From Candidatus Kuenenia stuttgartensis (GTDB lineage Bacteria > Planctomycetota > GCA-002687715 > CAIWVZ01), in NCBI GenBank assembly GCA_945860915.1, contig CAMARR010000007.1, positions 37,010 to 101,009 on the forward strand: DNA of 64,000 nucleotides, given 5' to 3'. How positions within the stretch are numbered: the first letter of the stretch is position 1; the number at the start of each line of letters is the position of its first letter. Positions 30,612 through 41,949 of this stretch are shown here, in pieces. A program made the position numbers and the translations under genes. The notes below the pieces were generated by a model, which was not told the origin of the DNA, did no database searches, and worked only from the letters and a program-made list of their open reading frames with translations.

Positions 30612-30971
30612 ATGAGGTTTCCTCATCGCATGATGCCCTACGACCGACGCAGTGCCCCCCGCCAAGACTCAGGAAATCTGATCGTCGATTCAGATCCTGT
30701 GGCATCGGATCGGTTCGCTTGTCTCGGAATGGGTGTCACTCTCGACCTCAACGAGCACGGTGTCCGGATGCAATACGCCAAGCCGTTCTCCATGGGAGAA
30801 CGCTGGCGGTTCAGCATCGCCCTTGGCGAGGCGGTAGTGGACGTCGTCGGGCGTGTAGTCCACGTGAGCCAGACGCTGAACGGCACCTACGAAGCGGGCG
30901 TCGAGTTTCTTGAGATCAGCGGGTCTGATATCCGCAAGATCCGAGACCACCTTTCGCGCAAGGCTTCCTAA
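30612..30971 (+). CDS. Stand-alone PilZ domain protein
   Basis: DRRSAPR (RxxxR), DLNEHG (DxSxxG-like), GRVVH...AGVEF. Confidence 0.8.
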   Translation: MRFPHRMMPYDRRSAPRQDSGNLIVDSDPVASDRFACLGMGVTLDLNEHGVRMQYAKPFSMGERWRFSIALGEAVVDVVGRVVHVSQTLNGTYEAGVEFLEISGSDIRKIRDHLSRKAS

Positions 30972-31018
30972 GCCCACGAGAGGTCAGGACGCGGCGACGC
31001 TGGTAGCATGCGCACATC

Positions 31019-31930
31019 GTGCAAGCCCTTGCAACCACCCAACTGGACGGACTGAAGCCCTTTCACCGCGGCAAGGTACGCGACGTCTACGAAGTCGACG
31101 CCGACCACCTCTTGCTTGTTGCCACCGATCGAATCTCGGCCTTCGATCACATTCTTCCGGATCCGGTCCCAGGTAAGGGCATCGTTCTCACACAGCTCTC
31201 GTTGTTCTGGTTCGCCTACCTTGGAAGTTCAATCCAACATCAGGTCGTCGAAACCGATCCGAATTCGATGCCCGCGTCCGTGCGTCGCCATGCCGATGTC
31301 CTGCGCGGGCGTTCTGTGCTAGTGAAGCGGACTCAGGTGTACCCATTTGAGTGCATTGTCAGGGGCTTCCTACTCGGGAGCGGATGGAAAGACTATTCCG
31401 CCACCGGGAAGGTCTGTGGAATCAACCTTGATGCCGGCCTAAAGAAGAACGCCGCGCTCAGGCCTCCGCTCTTTACACCATCGACAAAAGCTAAAGAGGG
31501 GCATGACGAGAACGTCAGCTTTGCACGGATGGAATCCGAGCTGGGCTCGGCTCGCGCTGCAGAGCTGAGAGACCAGTCGCTTTTCGTCTACTCTCGATGT
31601 GCGGATCATGCCAAATCACGCGGCATCATCATTTGCGACACTAAACTCGAGTGGGGTAACCTCAACGGTCGCACGCTCCTCGTCGACGAAGTTTTGACTC
31701 CGGACTCAAGCCGGTTCTGGAAAGCGGATGACGCCGCCCGGTATCTGCCAGACGGTGATCCGCCGTCGTACGACAAGCAAGTGGTGCGGAACTGGCTCGA
31801 AACGCAGCCTTGGGACAAGCAATCTCCCCCCCCGCGCATCCCGACCGACGTACAAGCGCTCGCACAGGCTCGGTATGTGGAGATTTACGAGACGATCGTC
31901 GGAAGGCCGGTGCCGGAGCTGCGAGGGTGA
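31019..31930 (+). CDS. purC: SAICAR synthetase
   Basis: GKVRDVY, TDRISAFD, ECIVRG, FTPSTKA, DTKLEWG, DEVLTPDSSRFW, DKQ. Confidence 0.97.
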   Translation: MQALATTQLDGLKPFHRGKVRDVYEVDADHLLLVATDRISAFDHILPDPVPGKGIVLTQLSLFWFAYLGSSIQHQVVETDPNSMPASVRRHADVLRGRSVLVKRTQVYPFECIVRGFLLGSGWKDYSATGKVCGINLDAGLKKNAALRPPLFTPSTKAKEGHDENVSFARMESELGSARAAELRDQSLFVYSRCADHAKSRGIIICDTKLEWGNLNGRTLLVDEVLTPDSSRFWKADDAARYLPDGDPPSYDKQVVRNWLETQPWDKQSPPPRIPTDVQALAQARYVEIYETIVGRPVPELRG

Positions 31931-32955
31931 ACGAACTCCCGCACGCAGTTCAGCTCCTGTCGAACACGCTGCGAATCATCGACCAGACTGCGCTCCCGGA
32001 CGTTGAACGATGGTTGACACTCGGTTCGTCAACCGAAGTGATTGAGGCAATCCAACGCCTAGCTGTACGCGGAGCCCCGGCAATCGGGGTGGCGGGGGCC
32101 GGGGCTGCGTGGCTTGCCGCCATGGAATGCCGGGATTCGACGTTCGCTGAGGACTTTGAACTCAGATGTAGGACTATAGCCAACGCCCGGCCCACGGCGG
32201 TCAACTTGCGGTACGCAGTCGATCGTGTTCGCGCTTCCGTCGCAGGTGCCGCCTCGCCCAACGAAGCCCGCGCACTCGCACGCAAGACAGCAGAGGATCT
32301 CATTCGTCAAGAAGCGCTCGCTTCGGAATCCATGGGACGCATTGGCGGAGCACTGATCGAGGCGAATGAGCAACTTCTGACTTATTGCAACACGGGCTGG
32401 CTTGCGACGACAGGTGATGGCACGGCCCTCTCCGTGATCTATTCAGCGCATCGCGCGGGGAAGAACATCTCCGTCTACTCTTGCGAGTCAAGGCCACTCT
32501 TGCAGGGCGCACGCCTCACCGCATGGGAGCTGACGCGAGCAGGGATTCCGGTCACGGTCATTTGTGACAACACTGTCGGAATTGCCATGGCTATGGGACG
32601 GGTCAATCGCGTTCTCGTGGGTGCCGATAGGATCGCAGCAAACGGCGATACGGCGAACAAGATCGGGACCTACATGGTTGCCGTACTGGCCAAACGCCAC
32701 GGCGTGCCATTTCATGTTGTTGCTCCGACAACCACCTTTGACCTGACCACGCCTGATGGAACCGCAATACCCATCGAGGAACGCGACGAAAGCGAAGTCC
32801 TTTGCATGGCAGGTCGACGGGTCGCCGCGGCCGGTGCCCGAGCATTCGCCCCGGCTTTCGACGTCACACCCGCATCTCTCATCACAAGCATCGTCACCGA
32901 ACGTGGTGTGATTGAAGATATCAGCGAGCGCGGCGTTCGAGCACATTTGGCCTAG
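31927..32955 (+). CDS. mtnA: S-methyl-5-thioribose-1-phosphate isomerase
   Basis: IDQTALP, VRGAPAIG, RPTAVNL, CNTGWLAT, ESRPLLQGARLTAWEL, GADRIAANGDTANKIG; GTG overlaps purC stop. Confidence 0.95.
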   Translation: MNELPHAVQLLSNTLRIIDQTALPDVERWLTLGSSTEVIEAIQRLAVRGAPAIGVAGAGAAWLAAMECRDSTFAEDFELRCRTIANARPTAVNLRYAVDRVRASVAGAASPNEARALARKTAEDLIRQEALASESMGRIGGALIEANEQLLTYCNTGWLATTGDGTALSVIYSAHRAGKNISVYSCESRPLLQGARLTAWELTRAGIPVTVICDNTVGIAMAMGRVNRVLVGADRIAANGDTANKIGTYMVAVLAKRHGVPFHVVAPTTTFDLTTPDGTAIPIEERDESEVLCMAGRRVAAAGARAFAPAFDVTPASLITSIVTERGVIEDISERGVRAHLA

Positions 32956-33041
32956 CTCCCCAAATTCCCAAAGGCACGCGAAAGTGACTCAAAACCTCGC
33001 GAGCACTTCTCTCCGATAGATCCTGTCGGAGTACCCCCGAA

Positions 33042-33233
33042 ATGCGCCCACGGAAAACGCCAGACAAGATCGAAAAGCCCGAACGCGTGTCCCAATTCAC
33101 GACTGCCGTCGATGATGAGACACTTGAGTTCATCCGGGCAATCGAGGCATTCAAGGCATCCAAGCGCCGGCCGTTCCCGTCTTGGGGCGAAATCCTGCAA
33201 GTCGTGAAGGACATGGGATACAAGAAAGTCTGA
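33042..33233 (+). CDS. Small conserved hypothetical protein (63 aa)
   Basis: GGAG upstream; EFIRAIEAFK..RRPFPSWGEIL..V..MGY resembles a small protein family recalled from Planctomycetota. Confidence 0.7.
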   Translation: MRPRKTPDKIEKPERVSQFTTAVDDETLEFIRAIEAFKASKRRPFPSWGEILQVVKDMGYKKV

Positions 33234-33275
33234 TCGACTTTCATCCACGTGCCCCCGGCGCTAACACCGGGGAGC

Positions 33276-34046
33276 ATGAAGGTCCTGATTGCTCTCGCTG
33301 TACTCTCAATCTTCGCCTCCGCACAAAAGCCCGAGGTGACGGCGGAATCACGTCCCGCGCCCCGCGGATCGTTACGAGTCAGCATATCGTGGGTTGGAGA
33401 CGCACCTGCCACACGACCAGCCTCCATCCCGAAGGATTGGAAGGCTCGCAACCCCGACGACGCGAAAGTCTGCGAATCCTGCGAGACACGAGGGACGCTC
33501 ATCGACGAGTCTCTCCTCGTTGACCCAAAATCCAAGGGAGTTGAGGGCATCGTTGTTTCACTGTCCCAACTCGTGGACGGTGTTCAGGATCTCCCCGCCA
33601 TTCCGGCGAAGCCCGTTGTTCGCAACGAAGGGTGTCGATTCTCGCCGCACATCGTGCTCTCCACACCATCAGATCCGTTGACTGTCACCAACGAGGACCC
33701 ATTCACGCACGCCATTTCGGTTGCGGGACTCGGCGGTGCATCGCTCACCTCGGAAGTCATTCAGCCGAAGGGCAAGGTTGAAATCGGCAAGCTCTCAGCG
33801 CGTGGCATCTACGTGCTCACCTGCCCGCTGCACGGTTGGATGCGTGGATATGTCGTTGTCCTCAAACAGGGAGCCGCCGGCGTGACATCGCGCGACGGGA
33901 CTACCTTGCTCAGCGGCCTAGCGACCGGTCGAAGGACGGTCTCGATCTGGCATGAGACCCTCGGTTCCAAGCGTGTGGAAGTGGATGTGTCTGTCGACAA
34001 GGAAACCGTGCTTTCCTTGACGCAAAAGGACTTCCCCGCACGCTAG
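33276..34046 (+). CDS. Secreted cupredoxin-like / carboxypeptidase-regulatory-like domain protein
   Basis: Signal peptide (..ASAQ), GCRFSPH, NEDPFTH, CPLHGWM, WHETLG. Confidence 0.75.
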   Translation: MKVLIALAVLSIFASAQKPEVTAESRPAPRGSLRVSISWVGDAPATRPASIPKDWKARNPDDAKVCESCETRGTLIDESLLVDPKSKGVEGIVVSLSQLVDGVQDLPAIPAKPVVRNEGCRFSPHIVLSTPSDPLTVTNEDPFTHAISVAGLGGASLTSEVIQPKGKVEIGKLSARGIYVLTCPLHGWMRGYVVVLKQGAAGVTSRDGTTLLSGLATGRRTVSIWHETLGSKRVEVDVSVDKETVLSLTQKDFPAR

Positions 34047-34100
34047 AAATGCTGCAATCGCGTCCGGCGTCGGGTTGATCGTCACCAAGCAGACCCGTAA

Positions 34101-35507
<1,407 letters not shown>

Positions 35508-35522
35508 ACGACAAGGAAACCC

Positions 35523-38042
35523 GTGACAAACCCCAACGTGGCGACACCCGACGCTCCCGCCCGCAAGGGCGGCCTGATTGACGCGGGGCCACGCACCCTG
35601 TCACCAGTTTTTGCGATATTGATCGCTTTCCTTGCGATCGATACCGCGGTGATTGTCCTGCCTTGGTTCCTCAATCGTGCAACCGACGGCCCGTGGGCGT
35701 CGCCGGATCGTTTGGGCTTCCTAGCGAAGTCGATGGCCACCTCCCTTGCCTTTGGCGTCGTAGCCGCGCTGGGTGCAGAGACACGTGGCCGCTCACCTTG
35801 GTGGTTCCTAGGTGGCCATCTGGGGTTCTTCGTGGCGATTGCCCTCGCGATGCTCGGGATCGATCGCGACCAAAGCACGACCTCGATGCTGGCGTCGATT
35901 GCAACCGGATTTGCCGGAACCATGTCAGCACTGTGGGCCTCAGGCAGCCCAGCCATCACACCATGGAGAGTTGGGCCTTTAACTCGAACGCTCGGGCGGT
36001 GGACCTATTCGATCGGCAATCTCTGGTTCGGCATTCTACTCTTGGCGTCACTCACTGCGATATCTGCCTACGGCACATTCTACGAAGAGAACTACGGCAC
36101 CAAGGCAGTTCAACACACCGTCTATCGATCATGGTGGTTCGGCACCCTGTTCTTCGCAACAGGAATGGCGATGCTCGCGGCGACATTCCGCAAGTGGCCC
36201 TTCCGTCTCGAGCAGGTTGGTTGGCTTGTTGTGCACACGGGACTCGCCCTGCTGACTATTGGCTCGATGATGTCACTCCTCCTCGGGATGGAAGGATCAG
36301 TCGCGATCAAGGAGGGCTCAACCGCTCGATCGATCGGCCTCGCCACGAGATCTCAGATCGTCGTTGAGGAGAGGTCCCTCACCCCAGAGGGCCGCATCGA
36401 TTCAAAACGGGTCCTCGTGGCGACTCCGTCCTTCGATCTCAACCCTGCCAAACGCGAGGTATCGGAGCGATTCACCATTCAGAATGAAGGCGGAGAGCCG
36501 TTCCAACTGGTCTTCGACCGATACTTTGGCACGGGGCAATATCGTCAGGACTGGAACGGCACGGGGGACCGTCGCCGCCTCGGCATCGAGGCCCAGATGA
36601 CGATGACCAACTCCGGACGGTCCGAGCAGATTCGTCTAGACGAAGTTGACAACCCTGCTGCGAATCTTGGCTTTGGCAGCATCCGCATGGAGGCTTACCT
36701 CCTCGCTGCGCCGCCCCCAATGTTTCAGGCGCTTTCTCGTACCGAGCCCTCGGAATGGCCTGCGAAGCTCGACATCATCGATGAAGCCGGCAAAGTCCTC
36801 ATCACGATCGACATCCCAGAGCAGTCGGACAATCGATCAGAAGGCGACGCCGCACCGTTAGCTCTTTCAGGCCGAGTGCCCGGAACAGACATCGACGTCG
36901 CATTGACCGCATGGGCCGATAACCTCGCGCCTTCCGAAGACGCCACGTCATTCAAGGATTCTTCCCCAGGCAATCCCTCGAATCCTGGGGTCTCTGTCGT
37001 CCTGCGTTCACCTAAGGGCGAGGATCGCATGCAAGCGATGTCGTTCTTCCCGCAGTCCGCTCCTGAGATCCCCACCAAGCATCCCTATACCGCCAGATTA
37101 CGCTTCAACCCAAGGATCGTTGTTCCACCGTCGACATTGCTTTTTGTGGATGTCGACGGAGCCATGAAATGGATATGGGCGTCATCTTCAGGCGAACGGC
37201 CGAATGGCAATGTCACGCCGGGCGAACCTCTTCCGCTACCGATGCCCGCGTTCAAGATCACTCCGACGGCAATTCACCGGAAGCTAGCGATCGAAGAGTC
37301 TTTTGACTTCGTCGGCTACAAGGCCGACCTTCAAGCCACCCGCTTTCGCGTGGAACGCGACGGCAAGGAAGTCGCGCCCTCAAGATGGCTCAGCCTAGAC
37401 AAGCCGGACCTCCAGACTCGTGGATTCGCGCTCGGCAACCGTGTTTATCGCGTCACGTGGTCCGCAAAGCCAGTTGATCTTGGGTTCTCATTAACATTGA
37501 CCGACTTCCACCGTGACTTCTACCCAGGATCAACCCAGGCGAAGACCTATGAGTCGTATTGCGTCCTGACCCACCCGTCCAAGTTCCCGTCAGGAGCGGA
37601 TATTAAGATCGACATGAATCACCCGCTGCGAATCGACGGTTGGAGGCTATACCAAGCTCGCTACGCAGGCGAAGGGACGATGACGATCTTGCAAGTCAAT
37701 CGTGACCCAGGTTTGGCACTAATTTACCCTGCAACCGCTGTGGTTTTCTTGGGATTCATCGTGGTGTTCTTCATGAAGCGGCCGTTGACTAGGCTCCGAC
37801 TCGATCTCGAAGCACGTAAGGCCACGACTGCTTCTCATGTCGCGCACGCACTCGCTACCATCGGTTTGGTGGGATCCGGTCCAATGGTCTTCGGAATCGC
37901 AGTCGCATTCGACATTAGCCCGTCCGGAACAATTGGTTTCGCTGCGGGATTAGGTCTACTCGTGGTCGCGCCCATTTTGGCGATCCTTCGAACCCATCGC
38001 CGATGGCCGGCCCCACCGCTGGCGCAAGGGAGCACCGCATGA
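35523..38042 (+). CDS. Cytochrome c biogenesis System II ResB/CcsB-like protein
   Basis: GTFYE..YG, YRSWWF, WLVVHTG (TM His), large periplasmic domain, DMNHPLRIDGWRLYQ, VNRDPG; extra TMs at both ends. Confidence 0.8.
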   Translation: MTNPNVATPDAPARKGGLIDAGPRTLSPVFAILIAFLAIDTAVIVLPWFLNRATDGPWASPDRLGFLAKSMATSLAFGVVAALGAETRGRSPWWFLGGHLGFFVAIALAMLGIDRDQSTTSMLASIATGFAGTMSALWASGSPAITPWRVGPLTRTLGRWTYSIGNLWFGILLLASLTAISAYGTFYEENYGTKAVQHTVYRSWWFGTLFFATGMAMLAATFRKWPFRLEQVGWLVVHTGLALLTIGSMMSLLLGMEGSVAIKEGSTARSIGLATRSQIVVEERSLTPEGRIDSKRVLVATPSFDLNPAKREVSERFTIQNEGGEPFQLVFDRYFGTGQYRQDWNGTGDRRRLGIEAQMTMTNSGRSEQIRLDEVDNPAANLGFGSIRMEAYLLAAPPPMFQALSRTEPSEWPAKLDIIDEAGKVLITIDIPEQSDNRSEGDAAPLALSGRVPGTDIDVALTAWADNLAPSEDATSFKDSSPGNPSNPGVSVVLRSPKGEDRMQAMSFFPQSAPEIPTKHPYTARLRFNPRIVVPPSTLLFVDVDGAMKWIWASSSGERPNGNVTPGEPLPLPMPAFKITPTAIHRKLAIEESFDFVGYKADLQATRFRVERDGKEVAPSRWLSLDKPDLQTRGFALGNRVYRVTWSAKPVDLGFSLTLTDFHRDFYPGSTQAKTYESYCVLTHPSKFPSGADIKIDMNHPLRIDGWRLYQARYAGEGTMTILQVNRDPGLALIYPATAVVFLGFIVVFFMKRPLTRLRLDLEARKATTASHVAHALATIGLVGSGPMVFGIAVAFDISPSGTIGFAAGLGLLVVAPILAILRTHRRWPAPPLAQGSTA

Positions 38043-39784
38043 TCCGTCCGCTTGTACTACTCGCCATCGCCCTCGGATTTGTGGTCCCTGCTGTAGGCCA
38101 GATACCGCAGGCTCAATTGGACTTAACTGAAATCAAGAGATTGCCTGTTCTTGACGGCAATCGCTTCAAACCATTTGATGCTTTCGCGCGGGATTGGGTT
38201 GTGACGATCACCGGTGAACTCTCACCGAAAAAGCAGGTCGCTGGCGCCGCCCCCATCAAGATCGACCCCATGTTGGTCTATCTCGAGTGGATGTTTGAAC
38301 CGGAAGTAGCGAGGCAAGATCCGTGCATCCTCGTCGATACTCCGGGTGCTCGAAAGATGCTCGGGTTGCCACCGGACAAGATCGAGAGCCAAAAAGTCTC
38401 ATTCGGTTGGCTAGAGCAGAGCTCCGACTATTTAAGGGTCACAATGTCCTTGCGAGGCCGACCCATGGCCTCGTTGAGCAAGGATGAGTCTGAGGTCCGT
38501 CAGGTAACCGATCGCAAGAACCGCCTCGGCGAGGTCGCCGGGATCAATCCAGGTTGGGACAGCACACCAATCGAGTTCCGCGGCGGGCCCACCTTTGTTG
38601 CCCCGAAGGGCGCGCCTGTACCGGGAGAAGAGTACCACTGGGCCACCATCGCTTCGCTGCCGTCGCTTGAATACGGCGAAGCACAGTCCACCGCTCTCCT
38701 CGAGTCATGGCGAAGTCTTCGCGCCGCTTGGAAGGCCAACGACCAAGCTGGTTTCACTAAGGCGTCAATCGCCCTCAGACAATCAGCGGCTGCTCTTGGA
38801 AGCGCTGGATTCGAACAGTCGAAACTCGATCGCGAGGTCCGTTATCTCGCCGCCAATCCCTTTAGTCATGCGTCTTGGCTCTACACGTTGACCGGCATTC
38901 TCGCGATCATCGCGCTCGCGTGGCGAGTCAGATGGTTTCATTTCGTCGCAGCAATTCCTGCAGTCGCTGGCCTTGCCTATCACGCATGGGGTCTCGCAGA
39001 GCGCACGGCGATCTCTGACCGCGCTATGATCGGAAACATCTACGAATCGCTGATCTACGTTGCTGCAGTCGTGGTCCTTATTTCCGTCCTTGCCGAGGCG
39101 TACTTCAAGTCCCGTTGGTTCCTAGTCTTTGGCAGCCTGCTCGGGATGTTAGCCCTCAAAGTCGCTCTCGAACATCCGACGTTCATGCCTCCCGGCATCA
39201 CGACCCTACAGCCAGTCCTCATCAACAACTTTTGGATCCACATTCATGTCCCTGTGATTGTTGCATCCTACGCGCCGCTCGCGCTCGCCGCCGTGCTCGC
39301 GAATGTGTGGTTAGTCATGAGTACCTTCCGGCCTGAGTCGTCTCCGGGTCTCAAGGAGGTCGCGCGAATCCAGACTTTCATTGTGGCCCCGGGCGTAATC
39401 CTGTTGTTCGCCGGGCTGATTCTTGGAGGAATTTGGGCCGATGCCTCGTGGGGTCGCTTCTGGGGTTGGGATCCCAAGGAGACCTGGGGCCTCATCACGA
39501 TGTTGATTTTCGTTATCGTCATCCATGGCAAATGGGTCGGATGGCTCCGAGATTTTGGCGCCTCCGTTGGCAATGTGATCGGAGGAGCGTCGCTCCTGTT
39601 CACCTACTATGGCGTCAACTTCTTCCTCTCCGGACTTCACTCGTACGCAGGTGCCGGTGATGGCGCGTCTTCCGTTCCGATTTGGCAGAAGGTCCCAACG
39701 TGGATGTGGATTTACGTAGTAATCCAGTTAGTCATTCTGGCCACGGCATCACTTCGTTCGAAACTCGCGCCTGCATCACCATGA
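38039..39784 (+). CDS. ccsA: Cytochrome c biogenesis protein CcsA/ResC
   Basis: GNRFKPFD, NIYES, WIHIHV, WWD domain WADASWGRFWGWDPKETW, GLHSYA. Confidence 0.93.
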   Translation: MIRPLVLLAIALGFVVPAVGQIPQAQLDLTEIKRLPVLDGNRFKPFDAFARDWVVTITGELSPKKQVAGAAPIKIDPMLVYLEWMFEPEVARQDPCILVDTPGARKMLGLPPDKIESQKVSFGWLEQSSDYLRVTMSLRGRPMASLSKDESEVRQVTDRKNRLGEVAGINPGWDSTPIEFRGGPTFVAPKGAPVPGEEYHWATIASLPSLEYGEAQSTALLESWRSLRAAWKANDQAGFTKASIALRQSAAALGSAGFEQSKLDREVRYLAANPFSHASWLYTLTGILAIIALAWRVRWFHFVAAIPAVAGLAYHAWGLAERTAISDRAMIGNIYESLIYVAAVVVLISVLAEAYFKSRWFLVFGSLLGMLALKVALEHPTFMPPGITTLQPVLINNFWIHIHVPVIVASYAPLALAAVLANVWLVMSTFRPESSPGLKEVARIQTFIVAPGVILLFAGLILGGIWADASWGRFWGWDPKETWGLITMLIFVIVIHGKWVGWLRDFGASVGNVIGGASLLFTYYGVNFFLSGLHSYAGAGDGASSVPIWQKVPTWMWIYVVIQLVILATASLRSKLAPASP

Positions 39785-40188
39785 TGTTCATCAGTCGCAG
39801 GGTCCGATTTTCGGCCAGCCACAGACTTAACAACTCTGAACTTTCGGCAGAGGAAAACAGAACTCTATTCGGCGCCTGCAATAACCCTCATGGCCATGGA
39901 CATGACTATGAAGTTGAAGTGGTTGTTCGCGGCTCGCCCGATCCACGAACCGGTATGTTTCTGAATCTTCGGCAATTGAAGGAGATCCTGGCGATACATG
40001 TCGTCGCCCCGGCGGATCGACGGAGCCTCGACCATGAGGTACCCTTCATGCGTGGGAGGATCTCGACCACCGAGAACCTTGCCGTGGCGATCTGGGACGA
40101 GGTAGCGCCGCGCCTCCCGGGTGGGACGCTTCACCTCGTTCGCGTTCGTGAATCCGAAAACAACGTTGTGGAGTACACCGGACCATGA
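39781..40188 (+). CDS. 6-pyruvoyl-tetrahydropterin synthase family (PTPS/QueD), PTPS-II-like
   Basis: [35 protein letters not shown]. Confidence 0.9.
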   Translation: MMFISRRVRFSASHRLNNSELSAEENRTLFGACNNPHGHGHDYEVEVVVRGSPDPRTGMFLNLRQLKEILAIHVVAPADRRSLDHEVPFMRGRISTTENLAVAIWDEVAPRLPGGTLHLVRVRESENNVVEYTGP

Positions 40189-40757
40189 GCGAGCAAGATC
40201 CTCTAGTTGAAATGTCTAGTCTTGTGCGTCGACAACTTGAACTGCTCGGAGAAGACACCGAGCGCGAGGGCCTCAAGAAGACGCCAGACCGCGTCGCGAA
40301 GTCTCTCGCGTTCCTAACCTCGGGCTACAAGGCCGATATCACGAAGATTGTCAATCAGGCAGTCTTTCGTGAGGGTGGCGACGAAATGGTCGTCGTCAGG
40401 GACATTGAGGTCTACAGCATGTGCGAGCATCACATGCTCCCATTCTTCGGCAAGGCGCACGTGGCCTACCTTCCCGATGGCAAAGTCATCGGACTCTCCA
40501 AGATCCCTCGACTCGTCGACGCCTTCGCCAGGCGGCTTCAGGTTCAAGAGCGACTGACGAATCAGATCGCACAGGCGCTCGAATGCGCGCTCAAGCCCAA
40601 GGGCGTAGGCGTGATTATCGAGGCCAACCACCTCTGCATGATGATGCGAGGCGTAGAGAAGCAGAACTCGTCGGCCTCGACCTCCGCGATGCTCGGGCTA
40701 TTTCGAACCGATTCCAAGACACGCTCAGAGTTCTTGAGTTTGGTCCACCGTCGGTGA
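40185..40757 (+). CDS. folE: GTP cyclohydrolase I
   Basis: [49 protein letters not shown]. Confidence 0.98.
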   Translation: MSEQDPLVEMSSLVRRQLELLGEDTEREGLKKTPDRVAKSLAFLTSGYKADITKIVNQAVFREGGDEMVVVRDIEVYSMCEHHMLPFFGKAHVAYLPDGKVIGLSKIPRLVDAFARRLQVQERLTNQIAQALECALKPKGVGVIIEANHLCMMMRGVEKQNSSASTSAMLGLFRTDSKTRSEFLSLVHRR

Positions 40758-40767
40758 GTTCCTGAGA

Positions 40768-41466
40768 GTGGGAGTTACTCGAAAAACTTCTGCCGTTGCG
40801 GACGCGACCCGAAGGCTTGACGTGCTTGCGCGGCTGAGCAAGGCTTATCCCAACGCGCATTGCGCGTTGGACCATAAGACGCCATTCGAACTTCTCGTAG
40901 CGACGGTTCTGTCTGCACAATGCACCGATGTTCGCGTCAACAAGGTGACGCCTGCGTTGTTCGCGGAGGCGCCAACGGCTGTCGCACTCGACGCCATGGC
41001 GGACGACCGTTTGCGACATCTGATCCGCTCGATCAACTTCTTCAACAACAAAACAAAGGCGCTCAAGGGACTCGCTCGACGCCTTGTTCTTGAATTCGGA
41101 GGCGAAGTCCCCCGAGACATGAAATCGCTTCTTACCCTCAGAGGCGTGGCAAGGAAGACCGCAAACGTCGTGCTCGGCAACGCATTCGGAATTGCCTCGG
41201 GGGTCGTCGTTGACACCCACGTCGGGCGACTGTCTGGGCGTCTCGGTCTCTCGAATGAGAAAGACCCAAAGAAAATCGAGGCAGATCTCACGGCCTGGGT
41301 GCCGCAAGACGCATGGATCCGGTTGTCCCACGAACTCATCGATCACGGCAGGGCCATCTGTTCGGCCCGGAAGCCTGATTGCGCTTCCTGCTTTCTCTTC
41401 GACCTCTGCCCATCGGCCCAAGCCCTCACGAAGCCCTCGAAGACGCGGAGTGCGGGGGGCAGCTAG
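40768..41466 (+). CDS. nth: Endonuclease III
   Basis: LSAQCTD, HhH GVARKTANV, VDTHV, C-x6-C-x2-C-x5-C Fe-S motif. Confidence 0.97.
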   Translation: MGVTRKTSAVADATRRLDVLARLSKAYPNAHCALDHKTPFELLVATVLSAQCTDVRVNKVTPALFAEAPTAVALDAMADDRLRHLIRSINFFNNKTKALKGLARRLVLEFGGEVPRDMKSLLTLRGVARKTANVVLGNAFGIASGVVVDTHVGRLSGRLGLSNEKDPKKIEADLTAWVPQDAWIRLSHELIDHGRAICSARKPDCASCFLFDLCPSAQALTKPSKTRSAGGS

Positions 41467-41541
41467 GCCTCGTCGTTCTTACTTAGACGGGCGGGCGACG
41501 ACCACGGAGTGCTTGGAGTCTCTTCTCCGGAGACCACTTAA

Positions 41542-41949
41542 ATGCAAGCACATCCCATCATGGCCCTCGTTCTGGCTAGCCTTCTCTTGTCCGTGCCTGT
41601 TCATTCGCAAATGCCATCCGACATCAAAGTCGAGGGAACTCGACTCGTCGAGTTCAAGCGCTCGAAGGGTGCTTCCCTCGCAGGCAACGACATTTCGTGG
41701 AATGTTCCTGCAAGGACATTCGAACGCCCGTTATGGACTCGACGAGGATTCACTCTCTATCTGAGCGATGGGATCGGAGTTCTCGTGCCAGCAGGGCACG
41801 ACGCACTCGCCGAACTGCGTCGCCGGGGAGGGGTCGCTCTAGTCCGCGGAACGGTAAAACCTCATTCGGATGCAAAACCCGGCGAACCCGCGTACGTCGT
41901 GATCGTGCGCGATCTTAACCGCAGAAAGCTGCCGAAGCGCAAGTCCTAG
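41542..41949 (+). CDS. Hypothetical secreted protein
   Basis: Signal-peptide-like N-terminus (LVLASLLLSVPVHSQ); fills the gap between nth and the convergent phosphomutase. Confidence 0.6.
   Translation: MQAHPIMALVLASLLLSVPVHSQMPSDIKVEGTRLVEFKRSKGASLAGNDISWNVPARTFERPLWTRRGFTLYLSDGIGVLVPAGHDALAELRRRGGVALVRGTVKPHSDAKPGEPAYVVIVRDLNRRKLPKRKS

Noticed and set aside
33471..33482. CESC as a possible heme c attachment site near resB-ccsA
   Set aside because: No following His (not CxxCH); no c-type cytochrome was recognised in the window
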